IMG/VR virus record: IMGVR_UViG_3300025093_000015
Span: 1-64,000 of that record
Length of the DNA stretch: 64,000 nucleotides
Reading direction: 5' to 3' (one strand)
Origin: a virus
This document shows positions 18,289 to 28,495 of this stretch, one piece after another; the first letter of the stretch is position 1; each line of letters starts with the position of its first letter. The notes beneath the pieces are model-generated. The model saw nothing but the letters and a program-made list of their open reading frames with translations. It was not told the origin of the DNA and searched no databases. The translations under genes were made by a program, and so were the position numbers.

Positions 18289-19277
18289 TATAACACTACA
18301 TTACCTTTAGCAAATTCATATGGTAAACTATAATCTCTTTTTTCATAATGGTAATTAGCTTCTTTTAATGTTGCTTCAAAACCATCATACCACTCTCTTA
18401 GTGTATTATCACTAACATCAAATATATATACTTGATCATAGTTATCTATGACAACAAAATTAAAAGTAATTTTATAATTACTTACATCTTCAATAGAATT
18501 TTTTATCACCAATGTAATGTAAATAACTGCTTGCATCCAATAGTTATAATAATCAACTGTCTCTGCAAACTTATCTAAACTTTTAGATGTTGTTTTAAAA
18601 TCTATAATAGTTATTTCTTTTGATTCATGATCAATAACATATCTATCAACATAACCCTTAAGACCAAATTTATAATCTTTTAAATCACATTCTAAATATT
18701 TCTCATTCCATGCTTCAATAGGATCTATTTCAAAGTCAGTAACAGATACTTCAAGTAAAGATGATACATCTTTATTATCTTTAATAATATCTACTCTTTC
18801 TTTTGCTTTTGCAAGCATGTCATTATCTATAATATCTTTACCACTAGTATCACACATAAATGCATAGTAATCTTCACATTCAGGAGTACGAACCTTAGCT
18901 AAACGTTTAGATTCATCTTTAAGTGATTGATATAAGTTCATAGATTTTAAAGAGTCTAGTATAACAAAATCTTCACAAGCTGCAAGTGTATCTGCATCTG
19001 TATGAAGTGTTATATCTTTTAACACCTTCCTCAACGATTCAGATGGTACTTTATTAGGAACAATAGAAAATTCTTCATGTAGTTTTTCAGGTTGTAATAA
19101 CAACAGATGTAATAGCTTGCCTTCAATAAGGTGCTTATCTGTCTTTTCTTCCCTTTCTTTAAGGATATAATCTTTATAAAAAAGTGATGGACTAAACAAT
19201 AGTTTATTCAATGATGAATAACTAAACTTATAATCCTTGTTGTAAAATTCTTCTTCTTTTATTGGATCTTTTTTCAT
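18288..19277 (-). CDS. PD-(D/E)XK exonuclease (RecE/DUF3799-like)
   Basis: Start MKKDP at 19277; SYSSL, GKLLH, KGYVDR, IIDFKT, YWMQAVIY. Confidence 0.8.
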   Translation of the reverse strand: MKKDPIKEEEFYNKDYKFSYSSLNKLLFSPSLFYKDYILKEREEKTDKHLIEGKLLHLLLLQPEKLHEEFSIVPNKVPSESLRKVLKDITLHTDADTLAACEDFVILDSLKSMNLYQSLKDESKRLAKVRTPECEDYYAFMCDTSGKDIIDNDMLAKAKERVDIIKDNKDVSSLLEVSVTDFEIDPIEAWNEKYLECDLKDYKFGLKGYVDRYVIDHESKEITIIDFKTTSKSLDKFAETVDYYNYWMQAVIYITLVIKNSIEDVSNYKITFNFVVIDNYDQVYIFDVSDNTLREWYDGFEATLKEANYHYEKRDYSLPYEFAKGNVVL

Positions 19278-19369
19278 AATTAAAATTTTAATGGTAAGAG
19301 AAGCACGGGCTTCCACAAGATATTATAACCTAACCCGTACTTTCCTACCGCTGGTAAATTCACACTAAA

Positions 19370-20548
19370 CTAAAAAGGTAAATCATTATGGCTACCAGCA
19401 TTAATAACATTTGTCAAATTAGTATCTACATCACTAACAAGTTGATCTGCAAACTCCGGTTTAAGTTTTAGATCAGATGCATTTAATGTAAAGACACTCT
19501 CTCTTGTGCCTGCACCAGAATAACCAGATAATACACGTTTAAACATAGTATTAGCAATTACTCTTGACGCAAACATAGTAAGACATTTATCTTTACACAT
19601 ATTTTTAATTAAGACATCATATGCATGTCCCCATTGACTCAATGATAAGTTAATATATTTATCATATACTTTTCTTAAAGATTTAAAGTTAACGGTATTC
19701 CATACATTAGATACTTTCATATTCTCAGAATCAAATGCAAATAATAATGCAAGATATGTTTTTGATGCTTCTTCATTACAATTAGCCATCATACTTAATC
19801 CAACACTAATATTTTCTTTATCTGGAGATGTAACAAGTTTATGTATATTTTTAAATGATTCTTTATCTATGATAATAGAATCTTCTGTACATAACTTATT
19901 CATGTGTTCATCACTAACATATGTATAATTAGAATTAACTATGTTATTGTAATGTTCATACATTTCTATAGGTACAAATTCTACATAATTACGTGACTGT
20001 GAACGCACACTTCCGGTAAATTTTTCTATCAAATCTGTGTAAACATTTTGCGTAGAATGATAGTAATAACCATTTGATACCATAATATGTGAATTACTTT
20101 CAATATGTAATAATTTTTTTGCTACTGAATCTATATGCTCTTGAGATATTTTAGAACTACGTACAATTTCTAATAATTCAGTTCTTTTGTCATTAGTCAT
20201 TTGATCTGAACCACCCCAATAAATTTTTATACATTTATCTATAGTCTTATCACCTACAATAACTAATTGTGCATCATCTATATTACGTGTAGTTTTAAAA
20301 TTACATTTTTCTTGTAGTATAGATAATTTATCTCTAGATAATTGTAGATGTGGTAATCTATAAACTTTATCAACATTAGCAGTTAACCATGCAGAATCAG
20401 GTTCTTCACAATCAACTAAGTTTTGAACTAATTTACTACTAGAACGATTAGAATCTCTAACTCCAGCATAATAACCCATGTGTTTTACAATAAATCTAAA
20501 ATCACTTTGCGTACCTCCAGCTATTTCTATTTCATATAACTTTTTCAT
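19370..20548 (-). CDS. Hypothetical protein with BRCT-like segment, paralog of 20545..21588
   Basis: KVYRLPHLQLSRDKL...TTRNIDDAQLVIV; LVTSPDKENISVGLSMM. Confidence 0.65.
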   Translation of the reverse strand: MKKLYEIEIAGGTQSDFRFIVKHMGYYAGVRDSNRSSSKLVQNLVDCEEPDSAWLTANVDKVYRLPHLQLSRDKLSILQEKCNFKTTRNIDDAQLVIVGDKTIDKCIKIYWGGSDQMTNDKRTELLEIVRSSKISQEHIDSVAKKLLHIESNSHIMVSNGYYYHSTQNVYTDLIEKFTGSVRSQSRNYVEFVPIEMYEHYNNIVNSNYTYVSDEHMNKLCTEDSIIIDKESFKNIHKLVTSPDKENISVGLSMMANCNEEASKTYLALLFAFDSENMKVSNVWNTVNFKSLRKVYDKYINLSLSQWGHAYDVLIKNMCKDKCLTMFASRVIANTMFKRVLSGYSGAGTRESVFTLNASDLKLKPEFADQLVSDVDTNLTNVINAGSHNDLPF

Positions 20549-21588
20549 TTTAAATACTTTTTATATTCTGGTTTAACACTTACTTTAAATACATACAAGT
20601 CTCTATTATCTATTCTTATTTCTTTTCTAACAATAGATTCTAAATACTTAAAAGATTCTTTGTTAAGAGTATCTTCTTCTTTCATCCACTGGATTTGATC
20701 TAGTGCAGACCTATGATAATACTCATCTATTTTAGACGCCCTCTTCCAATACTGAACATCTTTATTCCTATTATACATGTACATGTTACTATACAGTTCA
20801 TAAGATAATGTCCATAGTAAATGGTGATTATATCTATAATCAATGGTAGGTAGTATAGCTCCTATCATATTCCAGTCATCACCAGAACCACTATTCTTCA
20901 TAGATATTAGATCTTGTAAAAGTCTTTCATCTAATTTAATTTTAGTAGCTGACTGATGCATAACTTTCTCTACATCAAATATTGGTTTACCCATCTCAAC
21001 TGCATATGCAGCATTAACTGCAAGACCAGAGATCATATATGCATCATAAGGAAACTCTAATCTATTTGCTTTGTAATTACCAACAAATCCTTCTTCAACT
21101 TTATTACAGTATATAACTCTAGCTAATTCACCACCTCTTGCGTTTGCTGCACAATAATCATCTACTTCTGTACAACCAGCATCAATAGAATCATGGTTAT
21201 ATATAGTATTTAATAAATAATTATGATTAATATTATCAGATGTTTCTGTCGTTGTACCAAGGTATCCGTGAGATATTATAACATCAGCAGCATCAAGATC
21301 CTTAGTAATACTTATACTATGTTCTTTTAATGCAGCTTTAATTCTATCAGTAGAAACAGGACAATTAGGAAGTACAAATGCTTTTTTATATAGTGTCATG
21401 TCCGGTTGAACATCACAATCATTTTTGTCAAGAATACCATCTATTTTTTTAGAAGTATAATCTGACTCATCAATATAAACGGTTTCTATTGTACCATTTC
21501 TATCAACCATGACCCCATAAGGGTCACAGTCAATAGAGAAATGTTCAATAGCATCAGGATTAAACTCCTGGTGTATTGCTCTTGCCAT
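20545..21588 (-). CDS. Hypothetical protein with BRCT-like segment
   Basis: KAFVLPNCPVSTDRIK...ITKDLDAADVIIS. Confidence 0.65.
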   Translation of the reverse strand: MARAIHQEFNPDAIEHFSIDCDPYGVMVDRNGTIETVYIDESDYTSKKIDGILDKNDCDVQPDMTLYKKAFVLPNCPVSTDRIKAALKEHSISITKDLDAADVIISHGYLGTTTETSDNINHNYLLNTIYNHDSIDAGCTEVDDYCAANARGGELARVIYCNKVEEGFVGNYKANRLEFPYDAYMISGLAVNAAYAVEMGKPIFDVEKVMHQSATKIKLDERLLQDLISMKNSGSGDDWNMIGAILPTIDYRYNHHLLWTLSYELYSNMYMYNRNKDVQYWKRASKIDEYYHRSALDQIQWMKEEDTLNKESFKYLESIVRKEIRIDNRDLYVFKVSVKPEYKKYLK

Positions 21589-21589
21589 A

Positions 21590-22852
21590 TTATTTTACGG
21601 TCATTTTAATGATTTCAGGATTCATCATCATTTTATTAAACTTAGATTTATTACCGTTAAAGATTGTACGCACAACAAGATACTTAAGATCATCAGTAAA
21701 GTAATCTTTAGTACATAATGCAATTAATCTATCAGTAATTTTTTGTGAGACAGTGTTTTCTTTAGAATATACAACAGAATAGTTTGCCAATCTGGTAGCC
21801 AGAGTTGATGCAATGTCTGCTCTATATGTATCATCTTTACCAACACAACCTCTTAGTTCACCAAGAATATATTGCTCATTATCATGAGTCAATAAATCTT
21901 TAGGTGTTACAAGCTTGTCAAGCTTATTATTAATAAATGTAGTAAACATAGATGCAAATGCATCACCTACACTACCTTCACCAATCATTTGGATCATAGA
22001 CAAGTTGTCTTCAAAAGATTCAAAGCTAGATATAGCATTAAAGAATGCTGTAATAGATCTTGCATTAGTCTCTTGTGTTACAAGCTCCGGGTGTAACAAT
22101 AAGAAGTTAATACATCTAGTATCAATACCTTCTTCTTCTGCCCAACGAGCCCATACTTCCACATCAAACTTAAGATTAGCAGTAATATATCTAGTCTTTT
22201 GTGCTGAGTCAATACTATTAACCATGTAGTCTCCATTATCTGGATTACTAGTTAATATAATATGCCAGTCTTTTGGTAAAGACCATGAGATATATTGTTG
22301 TCTATCTACAAGTTCCATAACAGCTTGTATGAATCTAACATCTGCACGGTTCCAGTCATCAAGAAGAAGTATACCTCCATCTTTCTTGTCTGCAATCCAC
22401 TCAGGTGCACAGTAAGACATTCTATTCTTACCAGTCATCTTCCAACCTTGTCTAAGATACTCCTCAACTGCAAGCTCATCAACCCACTGTCCAACTTTCT
22501 TTGTAACAGCAGCATTACTAACTTGTGCAGCAGCCGCAGCTTTCTGTGCTGCAGTATAATTAAGATCATCAATCTTTTTTGCTACTTGCTTCTCTTTGTA
22601 CATTTGAAACTGACGAACTGGAAAACCTACAAGGTCACCCAACTCCTCAATCTGTGCAAGATTAAGCTTAACAAAGTTAAGATTGTTCTCTTTTGCTAGC
22701 TGTAATACAGCTGTAGTTTTACCAATACCTGATTCACCTACTACTTCAACAGCTACAGGATTTTTACCTCCTTCTTGTAAGAACCTATTGTTCTTTACTA
22801 TGTGGTTAACAAAACCTTTTAATTCATCAATGTTTAAATTTACTTGTGCCAT
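21590..22852 (-). CDS. MoxR-like AAA+ ATPase
   Basis: Walker A GESGIGKT, DLVGFP, APEW, Walker B ILLLDDWNRA, TSNP, DSAQKTR. Confidence 0.85.
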   Translation of the reverse strand: MAQVNLNIDELKGFVNHIVKNNRFLQEGGKNPVAVEVVGESGIGKTTAVLQLAKENNLNFVKLNLAQIEELGDLVGFPVRQFQMYKEKQVAKKIDDLNYTAAQKAAAAAQVSNAAVTKKVGQWVDELAVEEYLRQGWKMTGKNRMSYCAPEWIADKKDGGILLLDDWNRADVRFIQAVMELVDRQQYISWSLPKDWHIILTSNPDNGDYMVNSIDSAQKTRYITANLKFDVEVWARWAEEEGIDTRCINFLLLHPELVTQETNARSITAFFNAISSFESFEDNLSMIQMIGEGSVGDAFASMFTTFINNKLDKLVTPKDLLTHDNEQYILGELRGCVGKDDTYRADIASTLATRLANYSVVYSKENTVSQKITDRLIALCTKDYFTDDLKYLVVRTIFNGNKSKFNKMMMNPEIIKMTVK

Positions 22853-22856
22853 AATT

Positions 22857-24020
22857 TTAATTTAATTGTATTTTAAGACCTGGTAAGTCCTGATTAATAT
22901 TGCAACGAGAACTATGTACCCATAAGGTATTGTGTGGACAGTTCTCCGGAGTATATGCTTCTCCATCTGTTAAATATATAAGGGCTGTGTATTTCCCCTT
23001 CTTTTCATTAAAGTGATCTATAACAGGTTGAAAGCTTGTACCACCTCTACCTTTGATCTCCCAATCCTTTCTTGGATTGAACTCTTCTACTGAATTTAAT
23101 TGTGTATCACATTGAGCAACTGTAATCTTGTGACCAGTCTTATGCATATGCACCAACTCATTCATAAATTCTTTTAGTTCAGAATTAGATACTGATCCTG
23201 ATGTGTCAACACCAACTAGTATATTATTCTTAAACTTAATCTTAAGACCCGGATTTTCTACATACCTTTTGTTATACTTACGTCTTAACTTCTTAGTATA
23301 TGATACGCTAGAATTACCAACAAATCTTCTTAAGTATCCTTTCCAATCAAACTTTGGAGGCTCAATATGTCTAAGTCTTCTAATAAGATCTGCAAGTTCT
23401 CCTGGTATATTACCACGTCTCTTTTCAGTTTGCTCTGCAGTTTCTTTCATCTGATGCTGTACTTGCTTTTCTACAAGCTTCTGTTCAGCTTCTGTAAGAT
23501 CTTCAAACTCTTTCCATGTACCATGACAATACTGACTATCACCATCCATTTGATCTAATAAAGAATCTAAAGATGGACAACTACCAGATTTTTGTTCTTG
23601 CTCAAGTAACTCATAGTACTTAATAGTACCAGCTTTCTTTGGAAGATTTAATTCTGGAAATGTATCAAGAGTTAAACCACCTTCAGGTAACTGATCAGCG
23701 GCTATATATTGATTAATCTCAAGATCTGCAGCAATATTAAATAGTTTATGATTACTAAACCTATCTCTCATTGTTATATGTCCAAAAGACACATGCAACA
23801 ATTCATGTTTTAATAATCCTATTCTTTGTTTCTCATTAAGATCAGCAAAGAAACCTGGGTTAATAGATAGTTGAACACCTATACCATTTTTACTCACACC
23901 TGCAGTAGGTATGTCTTTACGCATTTGTTTGTTTAATCCAATCAAAAAGAGCCCGTAATAGGGCTCATCTAAGATTAAGGATTTACTTGCTCTAGCAAGA
24001 ATATCTGATATATTTACCAT
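22857..24020 (-). CDS. HExxH metallopeptidase-like + VWA domain protein (DUF2201-like)
   Basis: PTAGV, HELLH, NIAADLEIN, MIDAS DTSGS, GRGGT, YLTDG. Confidence 0.85.
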   Translation of the reverse strand: MVNISDILARASKSLILDEPYYGLFLIGLNKQMRKDIPTAGVSKNGIGVQLSINPGFFADLNEKQRIGLLKHELLHVSFGHITMRDRFSNHKLFNIAADLEINQYIAADQLPEGGLTLDTFPELNLPKKAGTIKYYELLEQEQKSGSCPSLDSLLDQMDGDSQYCHGTWKEFEDLTEAEQKLVEKQVQHQMKETAEQTEKRRGNIPGELADLIRRLRHIEPPKFDWKGYLRRFVGNSSVSYTKKLRRKYNKRYVENPGLKIKFKNNILVGVDTSGSVSNSELKEFMNELVHMHKTGHKITVAQCDTQLNSVEEFNPRKDWEIKGRGGTSFQPVIDHFNEKKGKYTALIYLTDGEAYTPENCPHNTLWVHSSRCNINQDLPGLKIQLN

Positions 24021-24412
24021 GCTAATTCCAAATTAATTTTTTTTACAAAATTCTTACTACTCATGCTACCTAGGTATAACATAGTTATTTCATATTCTAC
24101 TATTCTTTTCTCTATATTGCTAATAGATTCTTTTCTAAGAATTTGAAATAAATCACTCCAAGGTTTACACTTGTCTCTAAGATCAGTTGTTCTTTCCATG
24201 ATTTCTTCTTCTGTATTCCAATTTTCTGCATTGACAAAAGATCTTATAAAATTAAATCTATCACTACTATCTAATGATTTAGCTATTGCTATTATTACAG
24301 CATCAGATACTTTTAAGCTTATAAGATTAGATATACCAATTTGCATATCTTCATCAGAACCTTTTATTAATCTTTTATTTTGTAAATATAATTCTAAAGT
24401 TAATTCAATCAT
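24014..24412 (-). CDS. Hypothetical protein of the MoxR cassette
   Basis: 132 aa; LIKGSDEDMQIGISNL resembles a motif in 19370..20548. Confidence 0.6.
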   Translation of the reverse strand: MIELTLELYLQNKRLIKGSDEDMQIGISNLISLKVSDAVIIAIAKSLDSSDRFNFIRSFVNAENWNTEEEIMERTTDLRDKCKPWSDLFQILRKESISNIEKRIVEYEITMLYLGSMSSKNFVKKINLELAW

Positions 24413-24752
24413 TTATTTTCATTGTTTTTAAGGCCCATATAGGCGTTTTTTTACTATTAAGAATGTCTAACCATTCCTTTGCGGTAGGAATATAATTATT
24501 ACAGTCCTCCCTTACATGCTGCTCTGCAACATATCTAGTATATACAGTTTTACCATCTGAATTTTTAAATGATTTACCAAATCTATCTTCACAAGCAAAG
24601 ATACCTTCACTGTGATGTCTAAACATTCTGTGCATAGAAGAACCTAACCAACTTTTAGTTTCATCCATCCAATCATGGATGTGAATATAATCTTCAGGTT
24701 TACCTCCAAACTTTCTTGCAGAAGATTTAGAATGCAGTAATGGATGAGCCAT
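24405..24752 (-). CDS. His-rich DUF6915-like protein
   Basis: MAHPLLHSKSSARKFGGKPEDY, IHDWMDETK, HRMFRHHSEG, EQHVREDC. Confidence 0.7.
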   Translation of the reverse strand: MAHPLLHSKSSARKFGGKPEDYIHIHDWMDETKSWLGSSMHRMFRHHSEGIFACEDRFGKSFKNSDGKTVYTRYVAEQHVREDCNNYIPTAKEWLDILNSKKTPIWALKTMKIND

Positions 24753-25132
24753 TATGCTAAAGCTTCAGTAATAGGATTATCATCTACAGAATATTCATAG
24801 TTTTCAGTATGTCTTTGAGTGTGATGAATAGTTAATTCTCCTGTATCAACATTAATTTCTAAACTTCCATAACCACCATCATTATTAACCCAGTCCCACT
24901 CAACATTTCTACTTATAAAATGATAAAGTGCTTCTTCAAACATACCAAGAAAATCATCAGGAACAATATCTTTGTCCCATTTTTCTTTACCTTTTTCATC
25001 TAATATATATGCATCAGTGCTATCAATACAACCATCATCACCACCCCCACTATAATGTATCTGAACTCTTACTATTCCTAGATCTTTTAGTTCTCTTAAT
25101 TTTAGTTTTTGTTTTATTGTTAGATTTTCCAT
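24752..25132 (-). CDS. DUF6878-like protein
   Basis: YSGGGDDG and WVNNDGGYG motifs. Confidence 0.65.
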   Translation of the reverse strand: MENLTIKQKLKLRELKDLGIVRVQIHYSGGGDDGCIDSTDAYILDEKGKEKWDKDIVPDDFLGMFEEALYHFISRNVEWDWVNNDGGYGSLEINVDTGELTIHHTQRHTENYEYSVDDNPITEALA

Positions 25133-25496
25133 TTTTAATTATTTTAATTTCAACACCTGGATTTTCTTTATCATACACATACTCTTCAAAATGTGGTAAC
25201 ATAAATGTCATGTTATCATCTTCAATCCACCCATGTTTTACCATGTCATCTTGAACTGTTTGTGCAGGATTTATATAATCAAACTTGTGCCGTGTACCTC
25301 TATAAAATTTAAATGATATTGTAACAGGAAGATCATGCTTTGCTAACTCTTTTGCAAAAGAAGCTGCATGCTTCTGATAATGTTTAGTAGTGTCCTTTCT
25401 ATACTTCATAACAGTTTTACTTGATATAAAATATTTACCAGTCCACCTTCTACCATTCTTACTTGAGGGTACATTCCCCGGTATAAACCATTTCAT
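25050..25496 (-). CDS. RusA-like Holliday junction resolvase
   Basis: PSSKN, DYIN, QDDMV, GWIEDD. Confidence 0.7.
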   Translation of the reverse strand: MKWFIPGNVPSSKNGRRWTGKYFISSKTVMKYRKDTTKHYQKHAASFAKELAKHDLPVTISFKFYRGTRHKFDYINPAQTVQDDMVKHGWIEDDNMTFMLPHFEEYVYDKENPGVEIKIIKNGKSNNKTKTKIKRTKRSRNSKSSDTL

Positions 25497-26470
25497 TGTC
25501 TTAAGTTTTTAATTAATAAAGGTTTGAGCATGCTATGCACTGCATCAAAACCATGTTCTTTAACAGCATCTGATAAATCTTTACAACTATCTAATGCAAA
25601 GCCGTTGATCTGATATAGTTCTTTATATCTATCTATGGCCTTACTACCTGCTGTATCATTATCAAACAAAGTTATAACTTTTTTATACTTATCCTTAAGA
25701 TTTTGAATTATATAGGGTTTAATTACTGTATTCTCTGAGTCAGGAGCAATAACCTCAAGGTTATAACCAAACTGACTAAGACACATTGCGTCTTTCAAAG
25801 AAGAACATATAACCAAATAAGGTTGATTATATTCTAACTGATCAAAGCCTTGCAGATGTGCATTGATCTTTATGAATTTATATTTTTTTTGTGACGGTTG
25901 GTATATTTTATAAACTTTACCATCCTTGTCAAAGTAACCATATAATTTTGGATACTCCATCCTAATAGTTTTTACACCATCAGGATCATCTTTTGACATA
26001 GTATAATATTCAAGAGGTTTTACATTATATTTCTCTAATGTTGACTTGCCAATATTAAATTGTAACCAGTACTGCTGATCCAATCTATTCCATGGCCGTT
26101 CACTGCAATAATCAACCTTATATCTAGGATGATCCTTAACCTCTATGTTATACTTACCTTTTTCTAATGCAAACTTATTGTAATCATTAATCATTTTGAA
26201 TACAGCCTTTGAGTAGTCTATACTAAAAAGCTCTTTAATCAGATCAATTTTGTTACCATAGTTTCCTGTTGAGAAATCCTTAAATTTATACTGCCTTGTA
26301 TTCTTATCAACAAAGACCCACATGCTTGGTGTTCTTTCACCCGGATTAAATATAGAATGTATTCTAACATTTTGTCCAGTTAAACTTTCTGGTAAATCCA
26401 AATAGTATTGAAACACCCAAGCACTTGGAACTTTGCTTTCATCAGATACAAGATTCTTTGTACTTATCAT
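25493..26470 (-). CDS. dnaG: DNA primase (DnaG-like, TOPRIM)
   Basis: Start MISTKN at 26470; ERTPS, FKDFS, SLKD, LFDNDTAG, KDLSD. Confidence 0.8.
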   Translation of the reverse strand: MISTKNLVSDESKVPSAWVFQYYLDLPESLTGQNVRIHSIFNPGERTPSMWVFVDKNTRQYKFKDFSTGNYGNKIDLIKELFSIDYSKAVFKMINDYNKFALEKGKYNIEVKDHPRYKVDYCSERPWNRLDQQYWLQFNIGKSTLEKYNVKPLEYYTMSKDDPDGVKTIRMEYPKLYGYFDKDGKVYKIYQPSQKKYKFIKINAHLQGFDQLEYNQPYLVICSSLKDAMCLSQFGYNLEVIAPDSENTVIKPYIIQNLKDKYKKVITLFDNDTAGSKAIDRYKELYQINGFALDSCKDLSDAVKEHGFDAVHSMLKPLLIKNLRQ

Positions 26471-26572
26471 AATAATATTGGGGCTGAGGGTTGGATAACG
26501 CAAGTGTTTTCTCCTCAATTAAGCTGGTATTACCACGTCTGGATTTACACCATTCAACACCCCTTTTATTAT

Positions 26573-27274
26573 TTACAGTTCAAAGTCAGATCCACTACCT
26601 GATGTTCCTTCAAATGAAGAATCAGCAGCTGGTGTCTCTTTCCTTACAATCTCTCTAAGATGTGTAGACTTATCATATGTCATAAGTCTAGACTTAGTAG
26701 TATCAATATCTATAGCTTCTACAGGAACTCCATCTTTAGATGGTCTAGGTAAATAAAGATCATCATTAACATAACCTTCTTTATTTTCCCATTGTCTTGA
26801 ACCTATACAAGCATTAAAGAAATCACTATTAGCAAACAACGCTGATGCTTTTGTCATAAAAGCTTCTATTGTGTCTGCCTCAATAGCATCTAGTTCATCT
26901 CTTTTACCTAATTGCTCAGATAAAAAAATCATAGACTTCAATACTTCTTGATCTCTAGATACTTCACGTCCACTTGGAAGTGTTGCATCTTTATATGGAT
27001 AAGGAGTCATTCTAACTCTACCCACTTGACCTTCATATCTACCTTTAGATTGATCATTCATATCTCTATAGAAACCTTCAAAGTCTCCCTTAACTGGTTC
27101 TGTCTCTACATGTAGAGTAATATTGTACGCTTCAGAGTCATATGGTGTTTTATCAAATGTAACAGAATTAATTCTAACAACTTGATTACCTGGACTCATT
27201 ACTGGTTTTGGTCTGCTTGATCCAGCAGACATGTCTTTTGTATTAAACATAACTTTACTTTTTACTTCATTCAT
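26573..27274 (-). CDS. Putative single-stranded DNA-binding protein
   Basis: Between AAA_24 ATPase and primase; acidic tail ending SDFEL. Confidence 0.5.
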   Translation of the reverse strand: MNEVKSKVMFNTKDMSAGSSRPKPVMSPGNQVVRINSVTFDKTPYDSEAYNITLHVETEPVKGDFEGFYRDMNDQSKGRYEGQVGRVRMTPYPYKDATLPSGREVSRDQEVLKSMIFLSEQLGKRDELDAIEADTIEAFMTKASALFANSDFFNACIGSRQWENKEGYVNDDLYLPRPSKDGVPVEAIDIDTTKSRLMTYDKSTHLREIVRKETPAADSSFEGTSGSGSDFEL

Positions 27275-27279
27275 AATAA

Positions 27280-27960
27280 TTAATTTTCATAAGTTGTAAT
27301 ACAATCCTTTACGAATTGTAAATCATTAGGTATAAAGGAATCTTCAAACATTCCCATTGGAGATTTACATGTGTTTTCTCCATTATTTTGTGTATCAAAC
27401 CCATATTCTAATGAGTCTTCATTCTTCTTAACTCTACCAAATAATACAATAGAGAAAAGACCTTCCAAAGTTAAAGTATTATCTATCATCTTACCAATAG
27501 TTTTAGCTTTAACTTTTCTGTGTCCGTTAATATCAGTTGAATCTTCTGAATGAGTTAAGAAAAAGATAGTTAAGTCTTCTCTCATGTCTTTAGGCATCTT
27601 AGCAACTTGTGCTAAATTTGCTGCAATTTGAGTAAACTTATCATAACCTTTCTCACTAGCTCTATCAAAGTATTCAAAGCTGGACATATACTGCCAATCA
27701 TCAATAACTAATGTTTTGATGTGTGGCATCTTATCATTGACATGCATCATAGCCTTAACTATACCATTAGCAGATGAAGCTGAAGTCATATTACCCTTTG
27801 GATTTTCTTTACTAATATTTACGTAATTCTTCTTCCAACCTTTAAATGGTAACGGCTTGTTAGCAATGTTGATGATAAATGTTTCTTTAGGATCTAATGT
27901 CCTAATAGATGTGGACTTACCTGTCCCTGAGTCTGCAATGACTAATACACTTTGTGCCAT
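27280..27960 (-). CDS. AAA_24/Sak4-like P-loop ATPase
   Basis: DSGTGKS, LVIDD, LTH, KTIGKM, KSPMGMF. Confidence 0.8.
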   Translation of the reverse strand: MAQSVLVIADSGTGKSTSIRTLDPKETFIINIANKPLPFKGWKKNYVNISKENPKGNMTSASSANGIVKAMMHVNDKMPHIKTLVIDDWQYMSSFEYFDRASEKGYDKFTQIAANLAQVAKMPKDMREDLTIFFLTHSEDSTDINGHRKVKAKTIGKMIDNTLTLEGLFSIVLFGRVKKNEDSLEYGFDTQNNGENTCKSPMGMFEDSFIPNDLQFVKDCITTYEN

Positions 27961-27962
27961 AC

Positions 27963-28493
27963 TTATTTATTTAATTTATTACTTATACTTAATAATGCTC
28001 TCTCAATACCTTTTAGTACATCTAGCATATCTCTACCAGTCTCTGGGTCTGGTAATTTAATTTTGTCAAAGTCTTCTTTAATGTCTTTAGTAGTAAACTT
28101 TTGTCCTCTACTAGTTACATCATTCATAGGCTTTAACTCTGAAACAGGTATTAGATGTCTTTCAAATCCTGAGTTACTTGTAATTAGTTCATACTCTTCT
28201 TTCCAATGTGGATTATGTTTAACTAAATACAATGTTCTCTTTGGATCTTCAGACTCATATTGTATACTTACAAACTCTGTGTAAATATCTTTACCTTTTT
28301 CTAATTCACTAGGAAAAAATGATACATATAGTTCATCTTTACCAGTGGGTCTATAGGCCATCTTAGGAATATATAAAGCATGCTTTTCTCCAACACTATC
28401 AAAGTATGGTTGATGCTCTTCCCTAAGCTTGGAAACTTTCTGTTTACGTTCAGCTGGAGTCATAATATTATCTTTTAATTTTGTGCTTATCAT
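27963..28493 (-). CDS. Hypothetical protein
   Basis: 176 aa ORF within the replication operon. Confidence 0.7.
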   Translation of the reverse strand: MISTKLKDNIMTPAERKQKVSKLREEHQPYFDSVGEKHALYIPKMAYRPTGKDELYVSFFPSELEKGKDIYTEFVSIQYESEDPKRTLYLVKHNPHWKEEYELITSNSGFERHLIPVSELKPMNDVTSRGQKFTTKDIKEDFDKIKLPDPETGRDMLDVLKGIERALLSISNKLNK

Positions 28494-28495
28494 AA

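Noticed and set aside
26480-26563. tmRNA or tRNA suggested by a GGGGCTGA start
   Set aside because: Too short for tmRNA, and no T-arm, CCA end or cloverleaf.
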